Below, piece after piece: positions 18,309 to 28,070 of a stretch of 61,628 bases of DNA. The DNA is from an uncultured Deferribacteraceae bacterium (GTDB taxonomy: Bacteria; Chrysiogenota; Deferribacteres; CAMZNJ01): positions 1 to 61,628 of the forward strand of contig CAMZNJ010000012.1 of the NCBI GenBank assembly GCA_947313825.1, read 5' to 3'. How positions within the stretch are numbered: position 1 is the stretch's first letter; the number at the start of each line of letters is the position of its first letter. The position numbers and the translations under genes were made by a program. Under the pieces are notes generated by a model that saw only the letters and a list, made by a program, of their open reading frames with translations, was not told the DNA's origin and did no database searches.

Positions 18309-19295
18309 TCAGCTCCCCAGAGTTGCGACCATTACGGCTTTGATGGTGTGGAGTCTGTTTTCAGATTCATCGAAAACAACCGACTGTTCACTTTCAAACA
18401 CTTCGTCGGTAACCTCTAGTCCATTGAGTCCGTATTTTTCGAACACTTCTTGTCCCATGACGGTTTTTGTATCGTGGAATGCTGGCAAGCAGTGCAGGAA
18501 TATGGCGTCTTTGTTTGCTTTTGCCATGAGTTTTGCGTTAACTTGGTAAGGTTTGAGAAGTTCTATCCTTTCGCCCCAGTTGTCTTCTCCCATGGATACC
18601 CAAACGTCGGTGTACACAGCGTCAGCACCTTTTACGCCTTCGTCAATGTTGTCTGTGATGGTTATTTTTGCTCCAGATTTTTCGGCAATTTTGCGTGCTT
18701 CTGCAACCAATTTTTCGTCAGGGAATAGTGATTTGGGTGCACAGATGCGGAAGTCCATCCCCATGATTGCTGCCCCTTCGAGTAGTGAGTTTGCCATGTT
18801 GTTGCGTCCGTCTCCGCAATACACGAGGGTTACGTCTTCAAGTTTCCCTTTGTGTTCTTCTAGTGTCATGAAGTCTGCCAATATTTGTGTTGGGTGTGCT
18901 TCGTCTGTGAGTCCGTTGTACACTGGCACGCCTGAGTATTTTGCAAGATCTTCCACAGCTTTTTGCGAGAACCCACGGAATTCAATGGCATGGTACATGC
19001 GTCCTAAAACCCTTGCTGTGTCGGCAACAGATTCTTTTTTGCCAAGTTGCGATCCCGATGGTCCTAGGTAGGTTACGTGTGCACCTTGATCGAATGCTGC
19101 CACTTCAAAGGCACAGCGTGTTCGTGTGGAGTCCTTTTCGAAGATGAGGGCAATATTTTTCTTTGCGAGTACAGGCACCTCTGTGCCGTTGTATTTTGCT
19201 TGTTTTAGGGAGTGTGATAGGTCGAGTAAAAACCGTAGTTCTTTTTTAGAAAAATCCAACAACCGTATGAAACTTCTATTTCTCAAATTGTACAT
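18309..19295 (-). CDS. arcB: Ornithine carbamoyltransferase (catabolic context)
   Basis: STRTRCAFE carbamoyl-phosphate motif, [15 protein letters not shown], and HCLPAFH ornithine-binding motif. GGAG RBS. Confidence 0.93.
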   Translation of the reverse strand: MYNLRNRSFIRLLDFSKKELRFLLDLSHSLKQAKYNGTEVPVLAKKNIALIFEKDSTRTRCAFEVAAFDQGAHVTYLGPSGSQLGKKESVADTARVLGRMYHAIEFRGFSQKAVEDLAKYSGVPVYNGLTDEAHPTQILADFMTLEEHKGKLEDVTLVYCGDGRNNMANSLLEGAAIMGMDFRICAPKSLFPDEKLVAEARKIAEKSGAKITITDNIDEGVKGADAVYTDVWVSMGEDNWGERIELLKPYQVNAKLMAKANKDAIFLHCLPAFHDTKTVMGQEVFEKYGLNGLEVTDEVFESEQSVVFDESENRLHTIKAVMVATLGS

Positions 19296-19326
19296 TTGTT
19301 AACTCCTTGTAATGTTAAGCTCGGGT

Positions 19327-20556
19327 TTATATATCCTCACGAATAAGGGGCATGGACATGCATCTTGGACCACCACGACCGCGAGAAAGCTCGCTGGAAG
19401 CAACCACATGAATCTTAATGCCCGCCTCCTCAAGGAGCCTGTTGGTAATAACATTTCTGTCGTAAACAACGACCTCCCCTGGGGCTATTGCTAAGGTATT
19501 GGTGGCATCGTTCCACTGTTCGCGAGCGGCATAGATGGGGTGCCCACCTGCACACCGTATGAGATTGACACTACCACCAACACATTCCTCCAAAACACGC
19601 TGAAGGGTCTGCACCTCTTCCGTTACCTTTACGCCGTAGTCGGCATTATTATCTTTGACCATTTTATAAATACTGAGTGGTGCTTCAATCTCTGAATGTA
19701 TGGTGAATGTGGTATGATCGATGTGGGTAAAAACCGTGTCAAGGTGCATAAAAGCCCTTGTGGACGGTATTCTAAGTGCATAAATCGCCTCAACCTTGTT
19801 GTTGCCACTAAAAATGTTCCTCGCCAAAATGTCCAAGGACGAAGCATCCGTGCGTTGCGATATGCCTATGATGAGGGTTGTTTCACTCAAAACAAGGATG
19901 TCCCCACCCTCCAAACAAGCATCCGAATCACGCTCAAACCACCGCGGAACATTGTCGCCACCGTACGTAGGGTGATGAGTGAACACATACTGAGAGAACA
20001 GAGTCTCACGACGACGAGTCTCGTTACGCATACTATGCAACGACACACCGTTACCAATGGAGGCGAATGGATCACGCTGGAACAACAGGTTGGGCAAAGG
20101 ATCGCATAAAAACGGGTAGTGATCCTCAGCTATCGAAGAAAGGGAAACACCCTTATGCCCCTTGAGATCAGTCTTCAATACCCCTGCAATCATGTAGTTT
20201 ACCATCGCCAAAGGGGGCAAACCCAAAAGCAAATCCATAAGGGCTTCTGTTTTATGAGGCGAAATCACACCAGCCTCACGAAGAAACTCCTGCACAAACT
20301 GCTGTCGAACACTGTCCGAAACCAAAGACTCCGCTACAAGATTCTCAAAATAAACAACATCAACGCCTGCATTACGCAAAACCTGTGCAAAAGCATCGTG
20401 CTCTTTTTGTGCTACATCCAAAAAAGGTGTGTCGTCGAACAACAATCGACCAAGCAAATCGGGGGTCAAATTGTTTAACTCGTTACCAGGGCGGTGCAAC
20501 AACACTCTCCTCAGCTTACCTATCTCAGAAAAAACATGAATCGGATTATGAATCAT
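19327..20556 (-). CDS. arcA: Arginine deiminase
   Basis: About 410 aa. VFSEIGKLRRVLLHRPG N-terminus, FTRDPFA-like segment (LFQRDPFASIG), and C-terminal GGPRCMSMPL containing the catalytic Cys. GGAGG lies 5 nt upstream of the second ATG (20556); the first ATG is at 20559. Confidence 0.93.
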   Translation of the reverse strand: MIHNPIHVFSEIGKLRRVLLHRPGNELNNLTPDLLGRLLFDDTPFLDVAQKEHDAFAQVLRNAGVDVVYFENLVAESLVSDSVRQQFVQEFLREAGVISPHKTEALMDLLLGLPPLAMVNYMIAGVLKTDLKGHKGVSLSSIAEDHYPFLCDPLPNLLFQRDPFASIGNGVSLHSMRNETRRRETLFSQYVFTHHPTYGGDNVPRWFERDSDACLEGGDILVLSETTLIIGISQRTDASSLDILARNIFSGNNKVEAIYALRIPSTRAFMHLDTVFTHIDHTTFTIHSEIEAPLSIYKMVKDNNADYGVKVTEEVQTLQRVLEECVGGSVNLIRCAGGHPIYAAREQWNDATNTLAIAPGEVVVYDRNVITNRLLEEAGIKIHVVASSELSRGRGGPRCMSMPLIREDI

Positions 20557-20610
20557 CATTACCTCCTTAAGTCAAATAATACGTCAGCATATTATCTCGT
20601 TAGTCATAAA

Positions 20611-20674
20611 ATATACTACTTCGTAAATAGTAGCATGTCAATATATACTACTTCGTAAATAATAGCATGTCAAT
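20611..20674 (-). promoter_or_regulatory. Tandemly duplicated sigma70-type promoter upstream of arcA (two 32-bp copies)
   Basis: Each copy reads, on the minus strand, TTGACA-N17-TAGTAT. The -35 boxes are at 20636-20641 and 20668-20673; the -10 boxes are at 20613-20618 and 20645-20650. The copies differ at one base. The spacer contains the inverted repeat CTACT-N8-AGTAG. Confidence 0.6.
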
Positions 20675-20738
20675 ATATTCTCTTGTTAGTTATGAGTGAA
20701 ACATATCCGAACCGAATAGTATTCGCAAACAAAAGCAC

Positions 20739-21590
20739 CTAAGCTACTACAATCCTGCCTGAAATACGCCGTAACGCCAGTGGCACCAACAGTACGACCA
20801 TAACCAGCAAGTATACCACGTGTAGCATAATACCTAGATCGCCAACACTCAGCAAGCGTGCCGCCTCAACACCATGGTACAACGGAGTAAGGTAAACAAA
20901 GAAAGCTAGCACATTCGGTAAGTTTTCAATGGGGTAAAACACTCCTGAAAACATGAACAAAGGCATAATGAAGAAGGTGCTGTAAATGCCGTAATGATCC
21001 ATGGCACGAATAAACGATGTTGCGATAATCCCAAAAGCGGAATAAATTAGCCCCACCAGAAAGCCAACGAAAATTGCAACGATAATGTACGGCGAATGGA
21101 ATAGCCCCATTAACGCAAGGGGTATCATGACAATGGTCATGTTGAGGATAGCCTTCGTGCCTGCCCAAGCCATTTCACCGATAATAATGGAGCGAACATT
21201 CATCGGGGTTGCCAAAATCGCCTCATAAGTGCGTTGGTAGTGTATTTTGGTGTAGATGGCAAACGACGTTTCGTATGTTGCTGCCCACATTGCTGTGGTA
21301 ATGAGTATGCCAGGGGCGATAAACTCGATATACGTTAAGCCGTTGATTTTGCCCACGTAGGTACTAATCCCCAAGCCGATGGCAAATAAGTACAGTAACG
21401 GCTCGAAAAACCGTATCACTAATCCCACTTTGTAGGTTTTGCGAAAAACGGTGAGTTGTCGCATCCAAAGTAGTCTTGAGTCGTACAGATCTTTCCAAAT
21501 GGAGTTGCCGCCACAGAGGTCTGCAGTGCTAATTCTGCCTTCAACACCACCTGCACCGCGATTTTTTTTGTATGTGCGTAGTGAAATCAT
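20739..21590 (-). CDS. ABC-2 type transporter permease
   Basis: 283 aa with six predicted TM helices and the ABC-2/NodJ-like layout. Directly downstream (4-nt gap) of a DrrA/NodI-like ATPase. Confidence 0.75.
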   Translation of the reverse strand: MISLRTYKKNRGAGGVEGRISTADLCGGNSIWKDLYDSRLLWMRQLTVFRKTYKVGLVIRFFEPLLYLFAIGLGISTYVGKINGLTYIEFIAPGILITTAMWAATYETSFAIYTKIHYQRTYEAILATPMNVRSIIIGEMAWAGTKAILNMTIVMIPLALMGLFHSPYIIVAIFVGFLVGLIYSAFGIIATSFIRAMDHYGIYSTFFIMPLFMFSGVFYPIENLPNVLAFFVYLTPLYHGVEAARLLSVGDLGIMLHVVYLLVMVVLLVPLALRRISGRIVVA

Positions 21591-21593
21591 AAT

Positions 21594-22328
21594 CTACTCC
21601 TCGAGGGAACTGCCCATGGTTTTTAGGTAAACATCTTCTAGGTCGGTGGCGTTGTTTGCCGCCAAATGACCTTCAGGGGTGTCAAGGGCAACTATCTTCC
21701 CTGCATCAACAAAGGCGATGCGATGGCAAAGCTCCTCCGCCTCTTTCATGTAGTGTGTGGTGAGGATAACGGTGCACCCTTTTGCGTTGAGGTCGCGAAC
21801 AATGCTCCATACAACCTGACGACTATGGGGATCAAGCCCTGCACTGGGTTCGTCTAAGATGAGTATTTTGGGTTCGTTGATTATGGAGCGTGCGAGAACA
21901 ACACGACGTTGCTGTCCTCCTGATATTTGTGTAACACGTGCGTTACGTTTGTGTTCGAGCCCGACGAGTTTGAGTAGTTCATCGATACGTTCTAAACGCT
22001 TCTTACGCGGAACGCTGAAGTAGTTGGCGTAAAGGTAGAGGTTTTCGAAAACTGTTAAGTCGGGGTCGAGGTTATTGTCTTGTGGCATGATGCCGAGGCA
22101 GCGTTTGATTTTGCTTGCTTTTTTGTTCGGATCAAGACCGAGTACGCTTAGCTCACCACTTGTTGCGGGGAAGTAGCAGGATATCATTTTTATGAGTGTG
22201 GATTTGCCGGCACCGTTTGGTCCTAGGAAGCCGTATATTTCGCCTTTTTTTATATCGAAGCTGATTCCGCGAATAGCTTCAGTTCCGCTGGAATAGCGTT
22301 TGTTTAGATTTTTCGCTGAAACTACCAT
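21594..22328 (-). CDS. ABC transporter ATP-binding protein (ABC-2/DrrA-NodI-like exporter subunit)
   Basis: Walker A GPNGAGKST, signature ISGGQQRRVVLARS and Walker B LILDEPSAGLD. GGAGGAG lies upstream of the ATG at 22328 (MVVSAKNL); the maximal ORF reaches 22346. Confidence 0.85.
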   Translation of the reverse strand: MVVSAKNLNKRYSSGTEAIRGISFDIKKGEIYGFLGPNGAGKSTLIKMISCYFPATSGELSVLGLDPNKKASKIKRCLGIMPQDNNLDPDLTVFENLYLYANYFSVPRKKRLERIDELLKLVGLEHKRNARVTQISGGQQRRVVLARSIINEPKILILDEPSAGLDPHSRQVVWSIVRDLNAKGCTVILTTHYMKEAEELCHRIAFVDAGKIVALDTPEGHLAANNATDLEDVYLKTMGSSLEE

Positions 22329-22422
22329 TTTTGCACACTCCTCCATTGGCTCTTTAATGCTTTGTGATTACTGAGTCATGGTTCATGGTTTCTGTTTTAG
22401 TCATTTTCTTTTGTTGGTTTGT

Positions 22423-22542
22423 GGTTCGTTCAAAGCATGGTTCGTTCGTTCAAAGCATGGTTCGTTCGTTCAAAGCATGGTTCGTTCAAAGCATGGTTCG
22501 TTCAAAGCATGGTTCGTTCAAAGCATGGTTCGTTCAAAGCAT
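22423..22542. repeat. Intergenic tandem repeat, 16/20-nt unit GGTTCG(TTCG)TTCAAAGCAT, 7 copies
   Basis: Read directly from the sequence. Lies between the usp stop (22545) and the start of the ABC ATPase gene (22328). Confidence 0.9.
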
Positions 22543-22544
22543 AT

Positions 22545-22997
22545 TTAGTCGGATGAAACGTCGTGTTTGATGGTCATTACTGGGCATGGTGCTTCACGGA
22601 TTACTCGTTCGGCGGTGGATCCAAGCACCATGTGTTCGATACCGGATCGCCCGTGTGTGCCCATGATAATTAGGTCGGCACCCATGTTTTCTGCTTCTTC
22701 GTAAATAGCTTTGTGTACGTTCCCCTCGATAACCTTTGACTCAAAGGGGACGCCTTTGAAGTCAAACCTGCCAACAAAGCTTTCCATGTGCACCTTTGCT
22801 TCGGCAACAATATCTATGATTATGTTGGGGAGGTTGATTGTGCTGGAGTAAAACGATGATACGTAGAGATCGGTGGAGACGATGTGTACAAGTGATAGTG
22901 TTGAGTTGTTGTCCTTGGCAAAGCTAATGGCAACTTTTAGTAGGTTGTCGGAGTGGTCAGAGAAGTCCACTGGTAGGAGTACTTTTTCAAACTTCAT
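22545..22997 (-). CDS. Universal stress protein (UspA family)
   Basis: 150 aa. KVLLPVDFSDHS N-terminus and the C-terminal ATP-binding motif GTHGRSGIEHMVLGSTAERVIREAPCPV. GAGGTG RBS. Confidence 0.88.
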   Translation of the reverse strand: MKFEKVLLPVDFSDHSDNLLKVAISFAKDNNSTLSLVHIVSTDLYVSSFYSSTINLPNIIIDIVAEAKVHMESFVGRFDFKGVPFESKVIEGNVHKAIYEEAENMGADLIIMGTHGRSGIEHMVLGSTAERVIREAPCPVMTIKHDVSSD

Positions 22998-23181
22998 AAA
23001 ACACCTCTATTCTTAATGATAGATAAGGCATACTTGGGAGCTGTACTCAAACAGCCACTCAAGCTACTAATATATCGTATCACACCTAATATAAAATATC
23101 ACTAAATTTTTAGCTCTACTCTAATTTAGAGGGGCAAAGGGTATTAAGCCTCTGCCCCTAGAGGTCGACTTCTGTTTGTGG

Positions 23182-24813
23182 TTAGTAGAAGTAAACTGTT
23201 GCGTAGTACCCCATAATGCTTATGACCACAAAGTATGGGAAGGCGAGCTTCATCATCTGAAAGTACGAAAGCCTTATCAGCGGTGCCAACGCGGATGTTA
23301 GCAGGAACAGGAAGGCAGCCTGACCGTTGGGTGTTGCTACAGACGGGATGTTTGTTCCCATGTTGATGGCAACGGCGATGTGTTCCAGCTGTTTCCTATC
23401 AACAAGACCAGCATTAAACGCATCCAGAGCTTGTGTAATGTAGATTGTTGCCACAAACACATTGTCGGAAATAATCGACAGCAAGCCGTTGAAGATAAAG
23501 AACGACGATACCTGTGCTCGACCATCCAAGGAGAATACGTAATCCATGATGGGGAGGAATAGTCCTTGGGAGTTGATTATGGACACGATAATGAAGAACA
23601 CTACGAGGAGTGCCGTAAAGGGGAGTGCCTCTTGAAACGCTTTCCCGATTTGGTGTTCGTCAATAACACCGTTAAACGTTGTGAGGAGAATAATAATCGC
23701 CAAACCGATAATACCAACCTGAGCAACATGCAGGGCAAGACCAAGGACAAGCAAAACACCAACAACAAGCATGATAACCAGCTTACCTTTGTCAGATAGG
23801 GTTCTATTGGCATCTTTCTCTTTGGCACTTTCAGCAAGGATGCGGTGAACGTTGTCAGGGAGATCAGCACCGTAGCCAAACAGGTTAAATTTCTCAACGA
23901 GAACAGTTACAGTGATACCGGATATAAATACTGGCAGAGCAACAATATCCATGTGGTAGATGTACTCCATGAAGGACCAACCCATTTTGTCGGCAATGAT
24001 AATGTTTTGAGGCTCGCCAACGAGGGTCAAAGCTCCACCCAACGCAGTACCAACAGCACCATGCATTAGTAGGTTACGAAGGAAAGCACGAAACTCTTCC
24101 AACTCCTCTCTGGCATGTTCGTGGACGTCGTCATCGCTATTGACGCTATATTTCGCGTGAATAGATGATGAATATTTGTGGTAAACAGAGTAGAAGCCAA
24201 TACCAACAGCGATAATTACAGCTGTAACCGTTAAGGCGTCGAGGAATGCCGACAAAACTGCAGCAACTGAAAGGAATATTAGGCTGAGAAGTATTTTTGA
24301 GCGAACCTTGACGAGGAGGAATGAGAATACGTAGAGCAACCCATCCTTCATGAAGTAGATACCAGCAACCATAAACATGAGTAGCAGAATAACGGGTATG
24401 TTTTCTAGAACTTCATGGTAAACAACTTCTGTGCCTATTTCGAGTAGTTCCAAGGGGTTGGTGGCACTGCTGAGGTGAAACATTTCGGCGAACGCGGCGT
24501 TACCGTAAGGGATGGTCAACCCGAGGGCAATGCCTTGTAGTGCGAGTATCCCTGCGGGTCCGAGTGGGTAGGCTTTGAGAGCCATTGCCAAGGTGAAGAT
24601 AAACTGTAGGAGTATTATCCAGCCTAACACAAAGCGGTTAAAATTTTCTAGCCCCATCCCGTTCTCAGGCAGAATAAAGAGCAGTAGAATATTTGCAACC
24701 AGAAACGACGCCATCGTTATTTTATACCATCTTGGGGCATTCCCGAGGAAGTTACCCCACAGGGCATTCAAGAACGACCCTTCATTTGTAATATTCATAT
24801 CTTTGGTGGACAT
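23182..24813 (-). CDS. nhaB: Na+/H+ antiporter NhaB
   Basis: 543 aa, colinear by eye with E. coli NhaB: FIFTLAMALKAYPL, LLLMFMVAGIYFMK, LSAFLDALTVTAV, GTALGGALTLVGEPQN, NIPSVATPNGQAAFLFLLTSALAPLIRLSY. GGAGG RBS. Confidence 0.93.
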   Translation of the reverse strand: MSTKDMNITNEGSFLNALWGNFLGNAPRWYKITMASFLVANILLLFILPENGMGLENFNRFVLGWIILLQFIFTLAMALKAYPLGPAGILALQGIALGLTIPYGNAAFAEMFHLSSATNPLELLEIGTEVVYHEVLENIPVILLLMFMVAGIYFMKDGLLYVFSFLLVKVRSKILLSLIFLSVAAVLSAFLDALTVTAVIIAVGIGFYSVYHKYSSSIHAKYSVNSDDDVHEHAREELEEFRAFLRNLLMHGAVGTALGGALTLVGEPQNIIIADKMGWSFMEYIYHMDIVALPVFISGITVTVLVEKFNLFGYGADLPDNVHRILAESAKEKDANRTLSDKGKLVIMLVVGVLLVLGLALHVAQVGIIGLAIIILLTTFNGVIDEHQIGKAFQEALPFTALLVVFFIIVSIINSQGLFLPIMDYVFSLDGRAQVSSFFIFNGLLSIISDNVFVATIYITQALDAFNAGLVDRKQLEHIAVAINMGTNIPSVATPNGQAAFLFLLTSALAPLIRLSYFQMMKLAFPYFVVISIMGYYATVYFY

Positions 24814-24835
24814 TTGCCTACCTCCATCTTCTGTT

Positions 24836-25780
24836 TTACTTAATAATTATCTTTCTAAAACTTTTTTGCTTCAAGACCACTGATTTTATACTGTACGTTG
24901 ATTGATAGAAATCTGAATACGACTCAAGTAGGTTGTAACTGTTTGCATTTTCACTAACATGGGACAACACAAGAACCTTTACGCGACCGCTAACGGAAAG
25001 TTTCTCCATGAATTGCAATCCTTGTGCGTTTGATAAGTGCCCCGTTGATGAGGCTATCCTCTGTTTGACTGCTCGCGGGTAGGAAGATTTTTCCAGCAGT
25101 GAGTCGTCATAGTTCGCTTCCAAAAATAATATACGACACCGACCGTAACTGTCAAGCATTTCCGGTGTGATATCCCCTGTATCCGACAAAAAGCCAACAG
25201 ATACAATATTTTCATTACCGGAATATATTTCATGTTTGTTAAAAATATCCACATTCTTGGTATTCGATGCCGGTAGGTTGTCCGAGGTGATAGTGGCGGG
25301 CTCAGGCACAAGAATATCAAACCGATACGACAAACCAAGGGGAGAGTTGTGGAGGATTCTGTGAGTGCGTACGTTAATACGTGGAACACTGCCATTGCAC
25401 GGACTATCCCCTTCAACCAACATGTTCACACTGTAAAGCTTGTCCGGATGCATCTCATGGGGAGTTACAAACTCGGACAACCAAAACTTCTGAAGACTTG
25501 TCATGTTGTGCAAAAGGTTTAACACCGGTGTCGAAGCGTACACAAATATGGGCACAGTGGGGAACATGCGTTGCAACGACCGTAACCCACTAATATGATC
25601 GTTGTGCTCATGGGTAATGAATATATTAATATGACGAGGACGCTTCTCAGACAAAAGGGGACGCAACAAATTGCGTGCCACACCAACATCTACAAAGTTG
25701 TAAATATCGCCGAAAGGGAAATAATAACTATTGCCCGAACTACCACTCCCCAAAACAACTATCTCCACGAACACCTCCAA
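24836..25780 (-). CDS. MBL-fold metallo-hydrolase
   Basis: VVLGSGSSGNS N-terminus and the metallo-beta-lactamase motif ITHEHNDH (HxHxDH). The start is probably the GTG at 25768 (GGAGG 5 nt upstream); the maximal ORF starts at a TTG at 25780. Confidence 0.8.
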   Translation of the reverse strand: MEVFVEIVVLGSGSSGNSYYFPFGDIYNFVDVGVARNLLRPLLSEKRPRHINIFITHEHNDHISGLRSLQRMFPTVPIFVYASTPVLNLLHNMTSLQKFWLSEFVTPHEMHPDKLYSVNMLVEGDSPCNGSVPRINVRTHRILHNSPLGLSYRFDILVPEPATITSDNLPASNTKNVDIFNKHEIYSGNENIVSVGFLSDTGDITPEMLDSYGRCRILFLEANYDDSLLEKSSYPRAVKQRIASSTGHLSNAQGLQFMEKLSVSGRVKVLVLSHVSENANSYNLLESYSDFYQSTYSIKSVVLKQKSFRKIIIK

Positions 25781-25813
25781 AATAAATCACGGGAACGAAA
25801 CACGCACGAAACC

Positions 25814-26869
25814 CTAATACATTATCATGGCGTCGCCATAGCTGTAAAATTGGTACTGCTCCTTAATCGCCTCCCCATACGCCTCCAAAAGCTGCTCCCT
25901 GCCGTAGAAAGCACTCATCATCACGAGGAGAGTTGTGCGTGGCATGTGGAAGTTGGTTATGATGGCATCCGCAACGCGAAACCGGAACCCAGGGGTAATA
26001 TACAAGGACGTCTCACCAGTGTAGGGGGCAAGGAGGGGGAGGTTGCTCGTGCTAGCGTCAGGGCTCGTGCTAGCCAACAACGCGTTGCTCTCCAATGCAC
26101 GCACACTTGTGCTCCCCACACAAACAATCTTACGCCCCTCGATCTTATCCATATTAATAGCATGTGCAGTTTCAGGCGTAATTTCGTAGTATTCGCTGTG
26201 AATACTGTAGTCGTCGATGGCGTCCGTGTTAATGGGTTTGAACGTCCCTAGCCCTATGTGCAGGGTTATTTCGTGGACACGTATCCCACGTTGCTTCAGC
26301 TCCTCCAAAACATGTTGGCTAAAGTGTATGCTTGCGGTGGAGCTTGCCACTGAGCCTAGGTGGTTGGCGAAAATGGTTTGGTATGCATGCGTATCCTCTG
26401 GCGTGTCGTCTCGGTCGATGTATGGGGGCAACGGTGTATGTCCTTCGGCCGCCATAACTGCGAACGGATCGGACGAAAATTCTAGGAGTACAGTGCCATC
26501 TTCGAACCTCTCAATCAGCTGCACAGTGGACGTTTGCAGTGTGAGCGTCGTTCCCAGTGGCACCCGTCCCCTTATCATGGAGACGAACCTGTTTCCGCCG
26601 GCATGTTTTAGCAGGAGTAGCTCTATCCGTTTGCCTGTGGGCTTATTGGCGTAAAGGCGAGCCTGCATCACCTTGGTGTTGTTTACCACTAGGGAGCATT
26701 TTTCGGGGAAGATTTTGGTGAGTATGTTGGGAAGGTTTTTGAAGTAATCGTGGGAGATGGCATCAACCTTGCGTTCGATACACATGAGGCGTGAAGTCGC
26801 TCTGTCTGCCTTGCCATACTTGGCTATTAGGTGGTTTGGTAGGTGGTATTCAAAGTTAGAAGTCAACAT
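25814..26869 (-). CDS. queA: S-adenosylmethionine:tRNA ribosyltransferase-isomerase
   Basis: 351 aa. FEYHLPNHLIAKY...RATSRLM N-terminus, PLPPYI motif, HFS..VLEELK and GTTSVRALES-like (VGSTSVRALES) motif. Confidence 0.9.
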   Translation of the reverse strand: MLTSNFEYHLPNHLIAKYGKADRATSRLMCIERKVDAISHDYFKNLPNILTKIFPEKCSLVVNNTKVMQARLYANKPTGKRIELLLLKHAGGNRFVSMIRGRVPLGTTLTLQTSTVQLIERFEDGTVLLEFSSDPFAVMAAEGHTPLPPYIDRDDTPEDTHAYQTIFANHLGSVASSTASIHFSQHVLEELKQRGIRVHEITLHIGLGTFKPINTDAIDDYSIHSEYYEITPETAHAINMDKIEGRKIVCVGSTSVRALESNALLASTSPDASTSNLPLLAPYTGETSLYITPGFRFRVADAIITNFHMPRTTLLVMMSAFYGREQLLEAYGEAIKEQYQFYSYGDAMIMY

Positions 26870-27121
26870 GGGAAATATTATAAAAAAATATAGCTAATAT
26901 TACAAGTTGACTTTGCAGTTTTTTTGTGCGTACTCAAAGGTGTATTTATATTTATTAAATTATCTTTAGTAATCACAATCGGTGCCGAACTATAAAGGTA
27001 CAGGGAGTGAGCACCCCCTCGATTTACGCATACGCAAGCACCCGTTATAAATGTTTTCCTTGATTTTATAGCTTGTAATATGCAATACTCTAAGTTGACG
27101 ATGCTTATTTACTATTTTTTA

Positions 27122-27151
27122 TTGACCTTTTACAAACTGTAAGGTTATAAC
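27122..27151 (+). promoter_or_regulatory. Candidate sigma70-type promoter for the downstream beta-barrel gene
   Basis: TTGACC (27122-27127), then a 17-18 nt spacer, then TTATAAC (27145-27151), in an AT-rich divergent intergenic region about 110 nt upstream of the ATG at 27263. Confidence 0.3.
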
Positions 27152-27262
27152 AAAAGCAGTAGAGACTCTTATATAACAACGACACCGCGTTAATAAAATA
27201 CGGAGTGTCCTACTTTGACAAACAAAAACCTTAACATGGAATACTCTCGGAGGGGTATAAAT

Positions 27263-27928
27263 ATGAAAAAATACTCACTTATTATTTTGATGGCTGGACT
27301 ACTCATCTCTAGCATCGCTATGGCAAGCACAGCCAACGCAAACAAAGTCATTCGAAGCACAACTTTTGGTGGAGTATTTATTCCAAATACCAAAATTGCA
27401 AACGTAACCTTAGGGCTTGGTTTGGCTGGCGGTACAGGGATGATTATCGCCCTTGACGAAACATTCAGGCTATCTCTGGACTTCACATACGCAACAGCCT
27501 CTGCAACAGTAGCAGGCGACCTCGACCCCGAAACAGGAAAACTAGTATCCCATACCGGCTCCTACCAAACAATCAACGTCGAAGCATCCATGCTCGCTGT
27601 GAAAGATATGGGGAACTTCCAACCCTACATCGGTATCGGGCTTGTTATACCAAGTACATCCCTAACATACGAAAACGCCGACGGCGACACGCTTAAATAC
27701 GCATTTGCTGCAACAACACCTTTTGTTACACGATTCGGCTACGATATCAGCTTCACTCGCAGAACAACCATAGGCATATTTGCCCGCCTCTACGCTGCAC
27801 CAGCACCAACACAACTTATTGATGCTAGCGGCAACAAACTTGTTCCATCCTCAGGGCTACTCGGCGATCCGGAAGTTATCGACTGGGGTGGCACCACTGC
27901 AGGGCTAACATTTAACTTTAGGTTCTAG
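27263..27928 (+). CDS. Small outer-membrane beta-barrel protein (OmpW/OmpX-like size class)
   Basis: Signal peptide MKKYSLIILMAGLLISSIAMASTANA, an alternating amphipathic strand pattern and C-terminal ...LTFNFRF ending in Phe. GGAGGGG RBS 7 nt upstream of the ATG at 27263. Confidence 0.7.
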   Translation: MKKYSLIILMAGLLISSIAMASTANANKVIRSTTFGGVFIPNTKIANVTLGLGLAGGTGMIIALDETFRLSLDFTYATASATVAGDLDPETGKLVSHTGSYQTINVEASMLAVKDMGNFQPYIGIGLVIPSTSLTYENADGDTLKYAFAATTPFVTRFGYDISFTRRTTIGIFARLYAAPAPTQLIDASGNKLVPSSGLLGDPEVIDWGGTTAGLTFNFRF

Positions 27929-27996
27929 CCCCCTCCCCCTCTAAGAGCTTGAGCATCGCTTTTTAGTAGCCGTATAAACTACTATCAAGCAACACT

Positions 27997-28058
27997 CCCA
28001 CCATTGTGCACCATAGGAGCAGTAACATCTGCTTTACGGTGTACGATGGTGGGTTTTT
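27997..28058 (+). terminator. Rho-independent terminator downstream of the beta-barrel gene
   Basis: 16-nt arms CCCACCATTGTGCACC (27997-28012) and GGTGTACGATGGTGGG (28038-28053) pair with two mismatches. They are followed by TTTTT (28054-28058). Confidence 0.65.
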
Positions 28059-28070
28059 CGTTATACGGCA

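Noticed and set aside
23130-23159. Hairpin AGGGGCA-N16-TGCCCCT downstream of nhaB as a terminator
   Set aside because: The stem is only 7 bp, the loop is 16 nt, and no T-run follows on the nhaB strand. This is too weak to annotate.
25595-26251. 218-aa ORF on the + strand
   Set aside because: It lies entirely antisense to the well-supported MBL-fold hydrolase and queA genes and spans their intergenic gap. Its composition is atypical and it has no RBS.
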